Origin: Camelus dromedarius
Taxonomy: Eukaryota
DNA: 64,000 nucleotides
Direction: 5' to 3'
Assembly: GCF_036321535.1 (NCBI RefSeq)
Contig: NC_087440.1
Span: 43,772,001-43,836,000, forward strand
Part shown: one piece after another, positions 1-12,698 of the stretch
Position numbering within the stretch: position 1 is the first letter of the stretch
How the letters are laid out: every line of letters begins with the position of its first letter
Program-made: the position numbers and the translations under genes
Notes under the pieces: model-generated
Told to the model about the DNA's origin: nothing
Database searches by the model: none
Seen by the model: only the letters and a program-made list of their open reading frames with translations

Positions 1-3000
1 TGGGACTCTAATTCAGGAGGTCTGAATCCAGACTCTGTCTTCATAATATAAATAAAATGAGGCTATCACTTTTTCAGATATTAAAAGGAAGCCAGTTGAA
101 CAAAGAAAGAACATACTGTAAGAAATAGTTCAACAGCAGAAGATACTATAATAGATATGAAAGGAGAAATATTCTCACATTGATGAAAGGAAGAAAAGAA
201 AAGGAAAGCCTGTGAGGATTTTACAGCCTCCTGACCACGGCAGCATGTCTGACCCAGGCAGACACTTCTAAGAGCTGCATGGAACTGTATCTAAGGTTGA
301 CAGGAATAAAGCCGGCCATTGTATCATACTTTTCTTGTATATACCCTCAGACTTGTCTCTGTTGCTCATTGGCAACTCCAGCATTTGAACTCTGAAAATT
401 CCACTGAAAGTATTGAAGAAAGATGCTTTTTATTTTAGATTATAGCTTCTCACTGTTTGTAGATATTATGTGCATCACATTGCTAAAGAATCATTCTCTG
501 CTTGAGGAACAAGACAGTTTAAAAATAACTTGTGTTGTGATTAGAAGAGTCTTTGCAGAAAGGTACCTGAAAGAGAGAGAAGGTGCACAGGCACCTGTTT
601 AACACATGATGAGTGACAGTTCTTAACCTTGCACGAGGAAGAAACAATTCATTTTGTATAGAAACAAAGTGTAGGCCAGAAAAAAAGCACGATAAGTTAA
701 TGGTAGATGTATTTGGCATGTATTTAATCCCCTAAATATAAAATATATAAAATATTGGGAATGCAGTTGGCCAAAGGTCCTCTTTCTTGAGCTTTTAGTG
801 GTGGTAGTGGAGGGGGAGGGAGGAAGGGACACAGGAGTTGGGGGGATGGTATTTCCACTAGAAGAATTTTGAACCTAGCGTGTCAGAAAATAGTCTCCTT
901 CCTGTTGATACTGTTATGCTTGATGCAGACCACGTGTGATTATCTTATTTGAAGGCACCAGACTGTCTTATTCCTGAGCCCCTGATGTGCTCTTCACACC
1001 GAAAGGGTGGGCGCGTGCAACATACCCAGTAAGGGGGGATGTGTGGACATCTCACTGTGACTCCAACAGTTACAGAGAATCCAGGATATTTTTCAACACC
1101 GTTCTTTTTTTCAAAGTCCAGCCTAGACTTTCAAAATATTTGAGTAACATTGAATTGTAGCAAAATAACAGTTTGTTGGAGAAAATAACCCTCTCCCATC
1201 CCACCTGAAATGGGTTGAGGCAGTAGTAACGTTAGTCCAATTCTGAAAACAAAATCTGCTTCTCTAACCTTGTTAGGAGACAGGCAGACCACGTCATCAG
1301 AAAATGTGAGACTGGAAAGTCTAGCTGGAAGTTTTCCCTTTAAGAATTTTCTTAATACGGAGTGGAAATGGGCTCTCCAGCGACTCTTTGCCCTACCAGC
1401 ATGAAGAGGAGCGGGGCGCTGGTGTCCCAGCTGGAGGAGCCATGGGTTACTCAGTGCCTTTTATTTCAACATTAAAACACCATCAAGAAAGGGGTCTGAC
1501 TTTCCACCTTTTAATATTGCTCAATCATTTCTTTTTACTTCTTGCTTCTGTGAGCACAGTATGTGGTTTTCTGGGGGAATTTATTAAAAAGAAAATCTTT
1601 CACTGTTTTATGGATAGATTTTTGGAGAAATCTACAGTCAAGACATGTTTCTCAGTTCCTTCATGACTGCTCTAATTCTCTAAATCTTGGTGAGGGCATG
1701 CTAAAAAATTGGCTCCTAATTTGTAATTTAACAAGTGACAGAATATTTCGCCATTAGCAAATGAAGGGAAATGTTTGATATACCAATGAGTATGGCTTTC
1801 TATTTTGGCCACTTGTACCCAGCAGACAATCATAATCAAATAGCAGAGCTGTTTGAAGCCCAGGCCATTTTTGCTGGAACTTTCTGGGTAACTGAGATCA
1901 TCTGCGGTCAGTCTTGTACCCGTATTAGAGTGGTTTTCTGCTTTCTGTGCTGAGAATGCTCCCCCCTCCCCTGCTTTTTTATTGTCTTGCCCAAAGTTAC
2001 ATAAACATTTTTGCATATCTATTTATAATTTGGAGCCTATAATCATGTTTGGGCTTTAACTTCTTGTTTTCCACTTCTTAAGGACCAATCTCAGCGTTTT
2101 GCCAACGTCTCCTAAATCACAGTGAGTAAAAGATGGCAAGAAACAAGCCAGAGAAGTGTCAGCGGTTCGGGGAAAGGTCCGTTGTCTTATGTTAGGTAGA
2201 GGCCATGCTTCTGCGGTCTGTATTCATTACCCACTTGGATTCCCTCTCACACAGATTCTGATTTAGGGCATATGGTGTCATCTTTCAGCTGGCTTTAAAA
2301 AGGTTCATACCAAATGTACTCTTTGAGAAATCCTTGAAAATAAGTTTATCCAGGTAACTTTCTAGACCAGAAACTTAAAATCCTGTAGGAGGTTTGTGTA
2401 ACAAACATGAATGAGTGAAGTGGATCCTGTTGACACTAACGTTGCTTTTTAAATCTCTGTGAGAGCATAAAATTTCCGTACACTAATAAGGCCCTCTGGC
2501 TGGCTGGGTGTGACCCCTATTTTGTAGTCACTGTTTTCTGGCACTAAGAATACTTAACTATACTAGAGGTCTCTCTTCTTTGGTCCCTGAGAAAACAAAC
2601 TCCCAGCTGCAGGCCCCGTTTTTAGCTGGGACACATCTCTTCTTATTTAACCAGTCTTCCTACAAGTGGCTGAGCTGAGGAAGTTATAGCTTTCTGTTGT
2701 CTCGATTGCCTAATAGAAAGTCATTTAACCTAAATCCTAGGACCCCTGTGGGAAAATCCCTATTGGTTACTGTACTTGTGGACTAAATAAGGTGCCGGCT
2801 GGCTCCTGCTCATAAGCAGAACTAGTTTTAAGATCTTCACTCACACCACCTTCGTTAACTAGAAAATTTCTTGTTTGTTATAGCAAGAAAGGCAATTCAG
2901 TTCTGCTGCTTTAACGTATTATTAGAAAGAGTCTGCTCTTGGATACAATTCAGTTCCTGAATGGGGCTGTTACTGGAAGAGCTGACTGAATATGCTGTAT

Positions 3001-3640
3001 ATTGACTTAAGAATATATTTTGAAAACATGATTTATTTGCAGAGAAGTTCTGAAATCCTGTGGTATCCATTAGGTACTGCTTCTTTTGTAAAAATTAAAA
3101 ATCCATAAATCACTTCTCTTGTCGTCTCATCAAGTACTTAAGGATTGTGAAATAACTATCCTTTTAAAAAATAGGATTTGCTACTTAACTACATGTTTAG
3201 CAAAATTAATTAATTGGCAGCTTCTGCAATTCAAGCATGGACAATTGTCCAAGGAACCTGCAAAGGCTTCATGTTGTAAAATTATTTAAGCACATAATGA
3301 TTATACCTTTCACCTGTGAGGACATTTTATAGATAACTCACCATTAATAGGCATTTATTAAGGCAATTAAAAGTACACTTTGCTTTTATAGCTATAAATA
3401 AGCCTTCGCATTTCCTCTGAGAGTGTATTATTAGCCCCTTATGTGGAAAAGTAAATGGAAGTGAAGGTTGAGCATTACTAGTAGGTCTGTTGTCTGCCTG
3501 GGCTGATGAGTATATTATGAACAGATTAGTAACTCTGAATAGATTATAATTTTGATATCTATGACTCATCTTTAATAATGCTTAATTCTTTACCATTATC
3601 AGCATAATGGAATCGTATTTGCAGTAAAAAGATACCTTAT

Positions 3641-4156
3641 TTGATGGCTTTAAAACGTGGCCAACCAATTTTCTGATACTCCTTCATTAAGAGGTGGGAT
3701 CTTTGTCCCTTTTCCTTGAATCAGGGCTCTGTGACTGCTTGACCAGTAGAATGTAGTGAAAGTCACACTGTGTTAATCCCTGTCCCAGGCTTGGAGAAGC
3801 TAGCGACTTTTGCCTTCCCTCGTTTGGGATGCCTGTTCTTGGATCGCAGCTCCCATGCCATGAGGAAGCCTAAGCTGCCAGCACGGCAGCCCTCAGGGAG
3901 CATCCAGTGCACAGGTCTAGCTGAGCTTCCAGACTGTGGCCAGCTCCAACCTGTCAGCCATGAGTAAGCCATCCTGAGAGTGGGTCCTCCAGCCCTCAGC
4001 TGAGCTGTCCTTGATGATGCTGTGTGGGTCACAGATTAGCTATCTCTGTTGATCCCCGCCCACGTTACAGATTTGTAAGCAAACTAAGTGATTATTGCTG
4101 TTTTAAGCCACTAAGTTTTGAGGTGATTTTTTACACAACAATAAATAACTGGAACA
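3641..4156 (+). mobile_element. MaLR solo LTR, MLT1F/G-like
   Basis: Starts tgatggctttaaaacgtggcc and ends ttttaagccactaagttttgaggtg...ataactggaaca, typical MLT1 termini. Confidence 0.8.
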
Positions 4157-4469
4157 CTCTCTAAGGAAATGGCAGTTTCCAGCTCCCTTCTCTACCACGT
4201 GGCAAAAACTTAGTACTATTTTAAATTTCAACCCTCGATGCTAATGGCTTGCAAAGGAAGAAAGTGAACACACCAGGTTTCCAAGGGAGGCTTCTAGCTC
4301 TCACTGAATATTGGTGGAAACGTTCATGTTCTAGCATGGTGATTCACAGCCTAATCCAATGTACTGAGCTTCTACTAAATGCCAGTAAGTGTTGTAGCTC
4401 TAATGGAGGCAGCTTTGCTATTTCTTGTTCTGCTGGAGCTACTAATCCACCATGTGATATTTGACAGAT

Positions 4470-4552
4470 TATCCTGTGTTAATGAATCCCATTTCCTCAT
4501 CTGTAAAATGAGAGGGCTCGGATAAATGTTCTCTCAAGTTCCTCCAGCTCTA
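4470..4552 (+). mobile_element. MIR fragment
   Basis: Core tttcctcatctgtaaaatgag. Confidence 0.6.
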
Positions 4553-5333
4553 ATATAATATTATTTATGACTCTAAAACTTCAAGCTGCTCCATTTGAAA
4601 AATCTGAATGTTTATTGCCCCCCAAAGGGACTCCTTCCTTCATTATTTGAATGTTCTTTACTTTGTAGAGAGTATTTCATTCCTAAGAAGGGTTGAAAAT
4701 AAAGCTCACCTGGTCCATATCTGATGCTTTCCAATTGATGGCAATTCTCCAACCTAAATATAAAACCACGAACAAAAAAAGACCTATAAGGTGAGAGGAG
4801 GAAGTCCTGATGGGCAAGTCAAAATGGGACCAATAACATTTACCTCATAGGGATGTTAAAAGAGATAACATATGTAAAGCCTGTAGTTCAATGTCTGAAA
4901 TTAGCAGATACCCAACCAAAGTTGTTCTTATTCTTTTTTTCTTGAGAAGCCAAAATAATTGCTTGAAATGTAAAATTTTGATCATGGAATTTCATAAAAT
5001 ACTTTCCTATTTCTACAATAGTTTCTGAAGTCTTAAATGCCCTGCATTAAAAGATTGTCATTAAATATATCCTATTTCTTTTTGATATATGTATGTTTGA
5101 TAAATATTGGCTGCCTGTTTTCTCATTTTGCTAAATTTACTTTGTTTGTTTGTTTAAATAAGGAATCACTCTATAAAAATGCAAGCCAGGATGTATGTGA
5201 TGAATAATTCATTCTAAGAAAATATCTGAAAAGGTGAGTTATGGAATGACATTTTATAAAATTCATAGAATGAATTTTCAGTATTCTTTTGTTAGAGAAA
5301 CTTTTAATTAAGAATATATTGTTGTTCCTTGCA

Positions 5334-5864
5334 TGTGTTAGTTATCTATTGCTGTTTAACAAATTATCCCAAAACTTAGTGTTTAAAACAACAACAAATA
5401 TTTATTATCTCACTCAGTTTCTATGGGTCAGAAATTTAGCTGCAGCTTAGTTGGATGTTTCTGGCTTGAGTCTCTCATGAGGTTGTAGATAACATGTCAC
5501 CATGGCTGCTTTTATCTGAAAATTTGACTGGGGTTGGGAGATTTGCTTCCACTGGTTCATCCATGTATTGGGAAGCTGGTGCTGCCTATTTTAGGAGACA
5601 TCGGTTCCATGCTATATAGATCTTTCCTTAGAGCTATTTCAGTGTCATTATGACATGGCATTGGACTCTCTCCAAGATAGAGCAAGGAGGAAGCCACAGT
5701 GTCTTTTATGACCTTGCCTTGTAAGTCAAACTCTGCTACTTCTGCAATATCTTATTGATCATACAGGTCGGTCCCGTTCAGTTTGGGAGGGGACCACCCA
5801 AAATGCTAGAGTACTAGGAAGTCAGAATCTTTGTGGACCATCTTGGATGATAGTTGCTATGTCA
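5334..5864 (-). mobile_element. MaLR solo LTR, MLT1H/I-like
   Basis: tgtgttagttatctattgctgtttaacaaattatcccaaaacttag is the reverse complement of an MLT1 3' end. Confidence 0.8.
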
Positions 5865-6019
5865 TACTTAGGCTCTTTTCTCTTTTCTGCGTATTCTCCA
5901 CGGACAAACCCAACCATATCCATACCTTCACATACCGCCTTTAGCCCATTACTCTCAAATATATAAAGAAGCCTAGATTTCTCTTCTGTTCTTCACACCT
6001 CAATGCATAACACCTATTG

Positions 6020-6560
6020 GAAATTCATTTTATCCTACTGATGTTTACTGAATAGCCATTAGGAACCAGGCTGTAACCTAGTCTGGGTAAACAAGACAGG
6101 CCATCTGTTCTTGTGGAGACTGAAGTTTAGTGAAACAGGAGGAACATACACAAATAAAGAAAATTTGTACAGCTTGTGGTGAGTTTAATCAAACAAATAT
6201 ACTGCTGAGATAATAATGGGGATGTGTGGTGGGAGAGTAGAGGGCAGGGTTAGCTACTTTAGATGCAGTGGAAAACAAGAACTCTTTGAAGGAGTGACAT
6301 TTAAGCTGAGACCGGAGGCATAAAATGTGAAAGATGGGGAAAGGAACTATTCTTCAGTCACTGAGAACAGCACGTGCAAAGGCCCAAGGCAAGGAAGAGC
6401 ATAGCATGATCTAGAAAATGTCAGAACTCTTGTAGTTGGAGCACTGTGAGTGAGAGACGATGGCAAGAGGTATGGTCCTTATAACCTAGGGCCTTAAAAT
6501 ACATGTGATGGGGTTTGAGACCATTGGAAAGAGGCTTTAATCAGGGTCCAGTCACATGGT
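6020..6560 (-). mobile_element. L2 LINE 3' fragment
   Basis: gtgacatttaagctgagacc and gaacagcacgtgcaaaggccc are antisense L2 motifs. Confidence 0.7.
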
Positions 6561-6644
6561 ATATACAATGTAACATGTTCATGTGTAATCTCATTAGTCT
6601 CATCTCCCTCTCCGAGTTGTGGTTCTCTGATGCTTCCTGTATCA

Positions 6645-6815
6645 TCAGATAGCAGCAGTTAAGAGTGCAGGATTTGGAGTTAGTCAGGCTTGTTTGAATC
6701 CTGGGTCTGCAGCTCATGAGCAAAGAGATCTTGGAAGTGTTATTTACCTTGATTGCCTGTGTCCTTATCTTTGAAGTGGGAACTGTGGTGAGGATTAAAT
6801 TGTCTGACACCTGGT
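6645..6815 (+). mobile_element. MIR
   Basis: tttggagttagtcagg...gaatcctgggtctgc...gtgaggattaaat. Confidence 0.7.
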
Positions 6816-7792
6816 TGTATTTGAAACATGGTAACTGTGATGATCATTTTCTTTAATGTTGGGCCCTCTCACGTTCCTTATCTTACTTCTAGATGAATTG
6901 TCCAAATCCTATTTCTATGGCCAGTATTTTAAAATACAGAATCTGGTGCAGTGTAGGGCTCTCACTTCTGGGCAAAATAATTTACAGGTTGAGTCACACA
7001 CTAAAACAGTGTTTAAAGCATGAGGAAAGTTTTTGAGATTAGCTTTACTCTCCTTTCTCCTCAAATAGACTCAAGATTTTTGTTTCTAGTCTTTAAACTA
7101 CCCAGGTTCATTATGACTAGGCTTTGAGTACAAGCCCTTGTTCTAAGCCCAAACTTCCCCTAACCACCAGATTCTAAGTCCTGACACCTAAGTCCAGTAT
7201 TTCTTTTCTGCTGTATATTCTTCAGGATGCTAGTTCCCAAAGATTTTTGTAAAAAAAACCCAAAAACCAAAAAACAAAAAAGCTGATTTAATGGGGACAC
7301 TGAATGTTGTCCCTTCTCTTGGAGACTTAGAATTGTGATGAATGGCTAAGGCTCTATGAGAATCTGTCTAATGGTGTTTATTTTAACTCAGTATTTCCAA
7401 ACATATTTGATCATAGAAATTCTCCCTTTCCCAAAATACATATTAAACTCCTTCCCCACCCTCACCCCCCAACATTTTTGAAAACTCCGTGTCAGGCTAA
7501 TTTCTCATTCTCCTGCTTTTCATACCCCTATGTCTCCATTCCAAGTACCCTCAGCTCTGGTGAAGTAACATCAATTTCCCCATCCTAGTTTTTTATTTTC
7601 TACCTGATTATCTTATTCCCACACATTCTGTTTACTTGTGCCTCCTTGTCACTCACTGCCAGTCCTGTCTTGTCTTTGTTCATGTCCTTTCTGGCCTCCA
7701 GGTTTATTGGTAACATTTAATTAAAAAAATGTTTATAGTCTGTCTCTAAATAACCCTTTATTTTTGGGTTATTATATATATTTTTGTTATAC

Positions 7793-8437
7793 TTCTTTTT
7801 AATTGAGATATAATTGACATATAACATATTAACATTATATTAGTTTCAGGTGTACAACATAATGATTTGCTATTTTGTATATTGTGAAATGATCACCACA
7901 ATGAGTCTAGTTAACATTGGTTACCACACATAGTTACACATTTTTTTCTTATAAACTATAATACATAGTTACATTGTTTTCTTGTGATGAGAACTTTTAA
8001 GATTTACTGTCTTAGCAACTTATAAATACATGATACGGTATTAACTATAGACTGTGCTGTACGTTACATCCCATGACTTTCTTATTTTATAGCTGGAAGT
8101 TTATACCTTTTGTTCCCCTTCACCCATTTCACCTACCCCCTAACTCCTGCCTCTGGCAACCATAAGTCTGTTCTCTGTATCTATGAGTTATTTACTTATT
8201 TATTTGTTTGTTTATTTAGATTCCACAATAAGTGAGATCTTACGGTTTTTGTCTTTCTCTGTCTGACTTGTTTAACCTAGTATAATGGCCTCAAAGTCCA
8301 TCTACATTGTCACAAATGGCAGTTTCCTTCTTTTTTATGGATGAAAAGTATTTCATTTTATATATATAATCATTCATCCATCGATGGACACTTAGGTTAT
8401 TTCATGTCTTGGCTATTGTAAACTTGGCTATTGTAGA
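7793..8437 (-). mobile_element. 5'-truncated older L1 (L1MA/laurasiatherian-type 3' end)
   Basis: T-rich tail, antisense L1 3'UTR and end of ORF2 (agattccacaataagtgagatc; catccatcgatggacacttagg). A 15-bp tandem duplication (8408-8437) sits at the truncation point. Confidence 0.85.
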
Positions 8438-8599
8438 CATTATTATATTAATGTCTCCTAAACTCTTTCTCTATGATCTCAGAAGATATATTGTCTACAA
8501 AAAATTAGAGGTATTTAGCATTAAATTTAGTTTTTGTTGTTGGTAAAAATTCCTTCCACATCTCCTAATCAGGCATTCTTTCTTCATTACCCTTAACTA

Positions 8600-8800
8600 A
8601 CATTTTAGTACTGAACAGTTCGTCATCTTGGAGGGCAGCCCTCTTCATTTGGACATCTCCAATTTCTAAGAAATTCTTTCTTCTCCTGAAACCAAATATG
8701 CCTCAGTATCATTGGTGGGCTTAGTGTGGTCCTTTTGCATTAAGTTTTGTCATGTCCTTCCTATACCTTCTCTTTTTCAGAACAGCTCTCCATGTGATAT
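8600..8800. mobile_element. Probable L3/CR1 fragment
   Basis: Degenerate aattctttcttctcc...aaatatgcctc...cattggt pattern resembles L3. Confidence 0.4.
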
Positions 8801-10814
8801 CATTTCATGACACTTCACTATTCAATTTACCCATTTTGAACTGTTGTATGCAAAGAGGAGGCTCTCTTCTTAGTGTTGGACTCCAGTAAATCTCATATTT
8901 ACAATTTAAATCCTCTTTCCACCAAAATAGTATTAAGTTTGGTTTGGATTGCAGCTGGTGACACCATCATGTATGTGGCCAGCTGGAATAGATTAATTTC
9001 ATTGCAGGACAGCATGTTGAAGGTCTAGGAGGGAAGAATTCAGAGACTGGAAAAGGAAATTCAACTCAATCACTCATGGCAACTCTAGGGAAAATTCTGA
9101 AGTAGCTGAAGCTTGCTTTGACATCCCTAACTTGCTTTTTCTATTGCATGGATTCCCTTCTTGTTCTTCACTTCATGTGCCCCAAACTTGCTTGCTGTTT
9201 CCCTCAATTAAGACCTGCTTTCAGGAAAAGATTTAGTGTTAGTTACTTGTATATTTGTTGGGAATATATTGTGCTATCATTCTCAAGTTTATACACACTT
9301 TAAGTTTTATTGCTAAATATGGGTTAAAGGTGTTCTCTTGCATGAAAGTCATTTTAAGCTTCATCAACTAGGTGAGAGATTTTGGAGGGCTGGACAAGAG
9401 AGTTATACTGGTTTGTCTAAAATCATGCAAATATTTTGGCTGCTTGTTCTCTTGCATTTAAGCCTGTTTTTGCAAATTCTCCTAAATATTCTGTTCTCTT
9501 AAATAAATTCTGTAATGTGTCCTGCCTAAGGAATCTCCCATGCACTATTTCTCAAACTTTAAATCAGTGTGCTCCTGCAAAGGGAAGTGAATGCATAAAG
9601 CCCTGGAATCTGAGGGTGTGGCTTTGAAGAACAGTTCTCAGAATGAAACTGATTCCCTTTGGGAAATTGTTTTCTCCTCTTGTAGACTAAAAATCAATTT
9701 AATTCAAAAGATCAATGAAAATGGAAAATCACTATGAAAGTCTTATCCGTATAGGGCAGTAATGATGGCATAGCACTAATCTGGAGAATAGCTAATCCCT
9801 TTTGTTGAATGGCACAGAAATAAATGCGTTCCAAACAGACATTTTCATGTACTCCAAGCCCATCTTTTATTGTTTCAGGGTCACTTTCATAATGAGGCAT
9901 TTTATAAATGAAGCTGTCCTGTATAGTATAGACTCTCACAGAGAGAGAGACAGTACTCCATATTCATCACTGAAATCAATCTAACAGAATATCCTTCTTA
10001 ACTAGGCGTTCTGTGAGTACACAACTTAATATTTCATTGTGATATACAGTCAAGGATTCTGAACAAAGATGAATATAATTTATACAAACTCACCTTCATG
10101 CAAATGGCAATTTTGGATTAAAGTTAGAACGCCTATTTCTTAATCATAATTTTTCTTCATTTTTTCCTGATAGTCCTAGGAGTTCTGACACAAGATGCTG
10201 GTGGTAAAAATTAATATTGTGCAATACTAAACATTCTTGTGAGGCATCCTTTCCCTTTGCAATTGTTTTTTTCCGAGATTTTTACCATTGTGACCCCTGC
10301 AAAACTACTTCTAAAATTACTTCAATATGTATTATCTATGAAGGTAGGTTAATACTATAATATTTTACTATACTTATCCAAGTTACAACAATTATTATTT
10401 TAAAGTCATTGACTTGTTATTAAACTACATCTTAATGAAGAAGCCATTGCTGGAGATGTTAGTAATTTTGACCTTGTACTAATACTTGTATATTGAGAAT
10501 GTGCATTGGACAGCATACAGTACTAAAGCCTCAGAAAACACTTAACATGAAACTAAAAAAAATACAGTTTAAACTCCACGTGATTAAAATGTGTGACTCA
10601 AGTGTCCAAAAGAAAGTTGCTTGTATTTGCAGACTAAAACCTATGTTAGTGTTTCCACCACTTGTATAATGATAATTATTAGTCAGCCATTTTATGAATC
10701 AGCCGTTCATTAGTGAATGCCTGCAACCTGTGAACTTGGGACGTCAGGCTTGGAGAAGTGGTACAGGGTAGAATCAACATTTAGGAAGCACTGATTCTAT
10801 TTCATGTTTTATGT

Positions 10815-11105
10815 GCCCTGGTGATTGGTTTATCATTCCCAGTTATTTGCTTCTTCCTGAAGGTGGCATATTCTTCCCTGTTGACTTTGGGCTTGGCTAC
10901 ATGACTTACTTTGGGCTTGGGCAGAAATGAGAGCATTTAGTGAGCTGAGATTTTAAGAGATTTTGCAGATATCCAGTCATCCTTTTACTTTCATCCCTGA
11001 ACTATCATTCTGGAACCCAGGGTTCCAGAGCTGAGTGAGTAAAGCAGAAATAAACATTTGTTGTTGGATGCCATTGAGATGTTGAGGCAGTCTGATATGA
11101 TATAA
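10815..11105 (+). mobile_element. Old MaLR LTR (MLT1J/K/L-like), partial
   Basis: ttgactttgggcttggctacatgacttactttgg and aaataaacatttgttgttggatgccattgagat. Confidence 0.6.
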
Positions 11106-12459
11106 CCTTAGGAATGTTTTATATCTATATACTTGAGATTCATAGGCATCATATGAGGTAGATACAATGTTTTCATTTCACAGAGGAGGAAATTAGGGTG
11201 TTAAAGAGGTCCAGTCTTTTTTCCACGGTCACATTGCTGGGAAATGGCAGATCTAACCTGAAGGTCGGTGTATTTATACTGCACTGTGCCTCCTTGGGTA
11301 GAAGTATGGAACAAGGGCAAGAGCTCCACCTGAAATCAGGTTCTAGTCTCAGGGAAGTCACTGAGTGTCTTACTCTAGGACGGACATGTAGACTGAGGTC
11401 TCTGTTGGGTCACAATTCCCTTTCAGGGCTGGTGGTGTCTCTGATTAGTAGACTGTGCAGACTACTGACATTTACAGAGGATGACTCTGAGTAAGATTGT
11501 CCACAGTAAATATTAGCTGTGGGCCTCTCATTTCTTTCAGAGGTAATGTTATTACTTTCCAATGTAATGGGAAGGAAAAGAAAGTATTGACTCCCAGTTC
11601 TCAAAAGATTTATATAATTTGTGAGTCACAGACTACAAGTAATCAGATGTTCAGAAACACTTAAAGAAGCTCCAGGGATAATGCCAGTTTCTATATGGTG
11701 GCAATTAATGCACTTCCTCCCAGAACAAGCTGAGCAGTCAGTGTTTTATCTGAGTAATTTAGGCCAAAATTGTAGTTTCTAAAAATATCCCTGAATTTCA
11801 TGGATAATTACACCAACTCCCATTTCACTGGAGACTTATAGAATTACCCTATAGTCATAGATTATGACTAACTTAAACTTTTAGAAGAATGATTCCATCC
11901 ATATAAATGAGTACTATATGGTATACATGGAATTGCCATTTTGTCATGATTCACCTTTTTTATTTTCCCCTTTCCACAAGTATCATTTTTTTCAAATGAA
12001 TCATCATACCCTCACAGCAAGGAAGGTATTACAAAATCACCAGTGCCATCAAGTCTTATTCTTGGTACTCTACAATCAGGCTACTTTGTGGACCTCAGTT
12101 TCACTTATCATTTCCTACAAAGACAAGTAATAGGTTTTCTCATATAATATCTCTCTTCTGCATATGAGTAGAAAGACCTCTTCAAGTTATAAAGGAAACC
12201 TTAGTGCCTTAGAATTGCCTCTGAAACAAGTTTCTTTGACTTCCCTTACTTTTTGTCCTGCCAGATTATAAACTTTTATTTCTTAGCTGAAAACTTTTCT
12301 GCTCAAGTTTCTCATGGACACTGCAACCTTGGTTTATTTAAGCACTAGCAAAAAAGTCACTATGCAAAATTTTCTAGAAAATATTTACCTGTACAATAGG
12401 ACACCTAACGATTCAACTTTTCTGTTTACCTACCACTCCACTAGAGATTCTGTTTCTTC

Positions 12460-12627
12460 TGTGTAGCACAGGGAACTATAATCAATATTTTGTAGTAACC
12501 TATAATGAAAAATAATATGAAAACGAATATATGTATGTATATGTAGGATTGAAACATCATGCTGTACACCATGTACAGTTTACATGGACACACTGTAAAC
12601 TGACAAAAAAAAAAAAAGGAAAAAAAG
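12460..12627 (+). mobile_element. Short L1 3'UTR tail with poly(A), cetartiodactyl type
   Basis: tagcacagggaactata...tgtaaactgac then an A-run; homologous to 56623-56760 in this window. Confidence 0.8.
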
Positions 12628-12683
12628 TATCTGATAAAATTCCATTATTTTTCAAACAGCAAAATGAGGCCAGGAGAAATTCC

Positions 12684-12698
12684 TAGAATTTAGTTCTT
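12684..12698. repeat. Left TSD of RPL3 retrocopy
   Basis: tagaatttagttctt, identical to 13989-14003. On the minus strand the target reads ttt/aaga, an L1-endonuclease-type site. Confidence 0.95.

Noticed and set aside
410-583. Minus-strand acceptor at 566 with AATAAA at 429-434 (possible terminal exon)
   Set aside because: All frames close quickly, and it conflicts with equally plausible plus-strand candidates; not supportable without RNA data.
812-845. Four G-runs (possible G-quadruplex)
   Set aside because: The last loop is 11 nt and there is no promoter or other context; common motif.
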